DNA of 58,723 nucleotides, filler included, from Nitrospinota bacterium (lineage in GTDB: Bacteria; JADFOP01): NCBI GenBank assembly GCA_022562795.1. It is 6 parts of 6 records of this genome, joined end to end, with 100 filler letters (N's around TTAATTAATTAA, not from the genome) between each part and the next. Parts side by side here need not be neighbours in the genome. Positions count along the whole stretch, not along the records: positions 54,036 to 58,723 come from JADFOP010000075.1; 5 more parts are not named here. The stretch is one strand, 5' to 3'. A model generated the notes under the pieces. The model ran no database searches and was not told where the DNA came from. It saw only the letters and a list, made by a program, of their open reading frames with translations. The translations under genes were made by a program, and so were the position numbers. Each line of letters begins with the position of its first letter. The stretch's first letter is position 1. Of the stretch, positions 56,927-58,723 are shown piece after piece.

Positions 56927-57301
56927 TTAATTCCCCTCGAGCAACCCAATCTTCGTCATCAGCGCTATCTCTAGATAATCGGGATTGAACGGTTTAGTGA
57001 TATAGTCAAAAGCTCCATCGGCCAAGGCCTGCAAGGCAAGGTCCTCTTCGTGGAGAGCGGTAATCATGATAACGCTCACCGCGGGATCAAAGGCCTTCAG
57101 CTCCCTGAGGGTCTCCCGACCATCCTTGCCCGGCATGAGGATGTCCAGAAGAACCACGTCGGGTTTTTCCTGCTTGTAGGCCGCCAGGGCCTCATCGCAG
57201 CTGTTGGCCTCCATCACGCTGAAGCCCTTATCCGCGAGGAATTCGCACAGCGCCTCGCAGAAATCAGGCTCGTCGTCCACCACTAGTATTCTATGCGTCA
57301 T
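56927..57301 (-). CDS. Single-domain response regulator
   Basis: ILVVDDE, LLDILMPG, MITA, YITKPF. Confidence 0.93.
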   Translation of the reverse strand: MTHRILVVDDEPDFCEALCEFLADKGFSVMEANSCDEALAAYKQEKPDVVLLDILMPGKDGRETLRELKAFDPAVSVIMITALHEEDLALQALADGAFDYITKPFNPDYLEIALMTKIGLLEGN

Positions 57302-58722
57302 ATCTTTACTCCTTCCGCGGCCAGTCTGACGACAAAAGACGCTCCGCCGTCAGCGCCATTTTTGGCCCAAATGGCTCCCCCATGAGTCTCGATAATGCCT
57401 TGACATATGGAAAGCCCCAGGCCTGTGCCCTTGCCCTCGTCCTTGGTGGTAAAGAAGGGGTCGAAGAGCTTTTCCATGTGCTCGGGGGTGATACCCGGGC
57501 CTGTGTCCTCGACCCGGAACTCTACAAACTGCTCACCATTCTCCAGGACACTCTCGGTGCTAAGGACTAGGCGGCCCCCATCGGGCATGGCGTCCTTCGC
57601 GTTGGTGAGCAGGTTGAGGACTACCTGCTGGAGCTGGTCCTGGTCGGCTAAAATGGGTGGCAGTTCATCTGAGAGCTTCGACTCCACTTCAATGTTTTGT
57701 ATTCGTAGACCGTGTTCGACGAGGCTGAGAGTTCGCTTGACCGATTCATTGAAATCGATAAGATGGCGCTCGGGTTCTCCCTGGCGGGAGAAGGAGAGGA
57801 GGTCGCGGGTGATCTTCGCAATCCGGTTGGCATGCTTCTCCATGACCCGCAGATATCGGGTGACCTCCGAGGGTGTGTCAGGATTGCCAATCAATGTGTG
57901 GAGACGCAGAATGATGACGTTCAGGGGGTTCAGTATTTCATGGGAGACCCCGGCGGTCAGCAACCCCACAGAGGCCATCTTCTCTGCGCGGACGAGCTGC
58001 TCCTCCGACCTCTTGCGCTCACGAAGGTCCTTGCTGAAACCCACGGCCCCGACCTCTTGGCCCTCCTCATCGTAGAGAATGGACGCCGAAATCAACACCG
58101 GGATGCGGGTCCCGTCCTTCGCACGGAAGGTGGTCTCGAAAGCCGAGACCGTACCGCCCCCCTCGCGCATCCGGCGCATCACCTCTTTCGCATCCTCCTT
58201 GCTCTCGTAAAGCACCGGACCTTGCCTGCCGATGACCTCCTCACGCCGATAGCCCGTGATGGCCTCGGCGCCCTTGTTGAAGAGCACAACCTTTCCTGCC
58301 CTGTCGGTCGTAACTATTGCGTCTGTGGAACTCTCGATGAGTCTTTCGAGATGTTGCTTGGACTGGCCCAGCTCTTTTTGGGATTTTTTAAGGTTGTCCT
58401 CGGTCTTGGCCATTATAAACGCCATTAGAATAATGGCCACCATCAGGGCAAAACCTACAACAAAGAGGAAGGTGGAATAGCGCCTGACTTGCCTATCAAA
58501 GCCTCGTATTCTGTTTTTTAAATCGTAGTAAGTCTCAAGCGCGCCAACCACTGAACCGTCCGTCAAAATTGGAACGTTCGTCCGGACTATATAAAGGGTC
58601 TCTTTCTTGCCCTCCGAATCTTCTATGTTTTTTCGTAAAAGATTAGTTTGAGCAACCCCTTTGGATATGCTGTCGGTAAAGTATCTTTCTCGATTTATTT
58701 CTCCTCTCTCTCTCGGATCGGA
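57298..58722 (-). CDS. PAS histidine kinase (5' partial), paralog of 54192-56039
   Basis: Same H/N/G boxes. Frame is open to the window end. Confidence 0.93.
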   Translation of the reverse strand, partial: SDPRERGEINRERYFTDSISKGVAQTNLLRKNIEDSEGKKETLYIVRTNVPILTDGSVVGALETYYDLKNRIRGFDRQVRRYSTFLFVVGFALMVAIILMAFIMAKTEDNLKKSQKELGQSKQHLERLIESSTDAIVTTDRAGKVVLFNKGAEAITGYRREEVIGRQGPVLYESKEDAKEVMRRMREGGGTVSAFETTFRAKDGTRIPVLISASILYDEEGQEVGAVGFSKDLRERKRSEEQLVRAEKMASVGLLTAGVSHEILNPLNVIILRLHTLIGNPDTPSEVTRYLRVMEKHANRIAKITRDLLSFSRQGEPERHLIDFNESVKRTLSLVEHGLRIQNIEVESKLSDELPPILADQDQLQQVVLNLLTNAKDAMPDGGRLVLSTESVLENGEQFVEFRVEDTGPGITPEHMEKLFDPFFTTKDEGKGTGLGLSICQGIIETHGGAIWAKNGADGGASFVVRLAAEGVKI

Positions 58723-58723
58723 A

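Overview
The window is a concatenation of six draft-assembly contigs from a GC-rich diderm bacterium (LptD, FabI, TatA). They are joined by artificial 100-nt N/TTAATTAATTAA linkers at 19701, 39232, 44176, 49101 and 53936, so gene neighbourhoods must not be read across linkers. Contig 1 (1-19700) carries PAS/ANTAR and HD-GYP signalling genes, housekeeping genes, and an ~8.3 kb Mu-like prophage remnant: CI-like repressor with twin operators, CII-like protein, HTH_17 protein, M15 peptidase, gp25/26/27-like genes and terminase, but no transposase, portal, head or tail genes. Contig 2 has an AT-rich patch, REP-rich accessory stretches, a cold-shock/Zn-ribbon fusion, tRNA-Leu(GAG), apgM, an orphan N6-MTase, gmk, lptD, a carboxyltransferase and amrS. 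Later contigs carry a DUF1704 (MATCAP-like) peptidase plus circularly permuted ATP-grasp pair, queC/queE/pabB, fabI, a chimeric rtcA, and duplicated PAS-kinase/receiver modules around a Lys-tailed Flp pilin. The most notable signals are: (1) a ~90-nt hairpin-plus-terminator leader present twice upstream of signalling genes, a candidate unrecognised riboswitch/attenuator; (2) a 15-bp palindrome TCCGCCTNAGGCGGA (18 copies found by eye) that appears to overwrite REPs and coding sequence in frame; (3) the headless but apparently still regulated Mu-like module; (4) a possible peptide writer/eraser pair. All family calls come from motif recognition by eye, not database searches.
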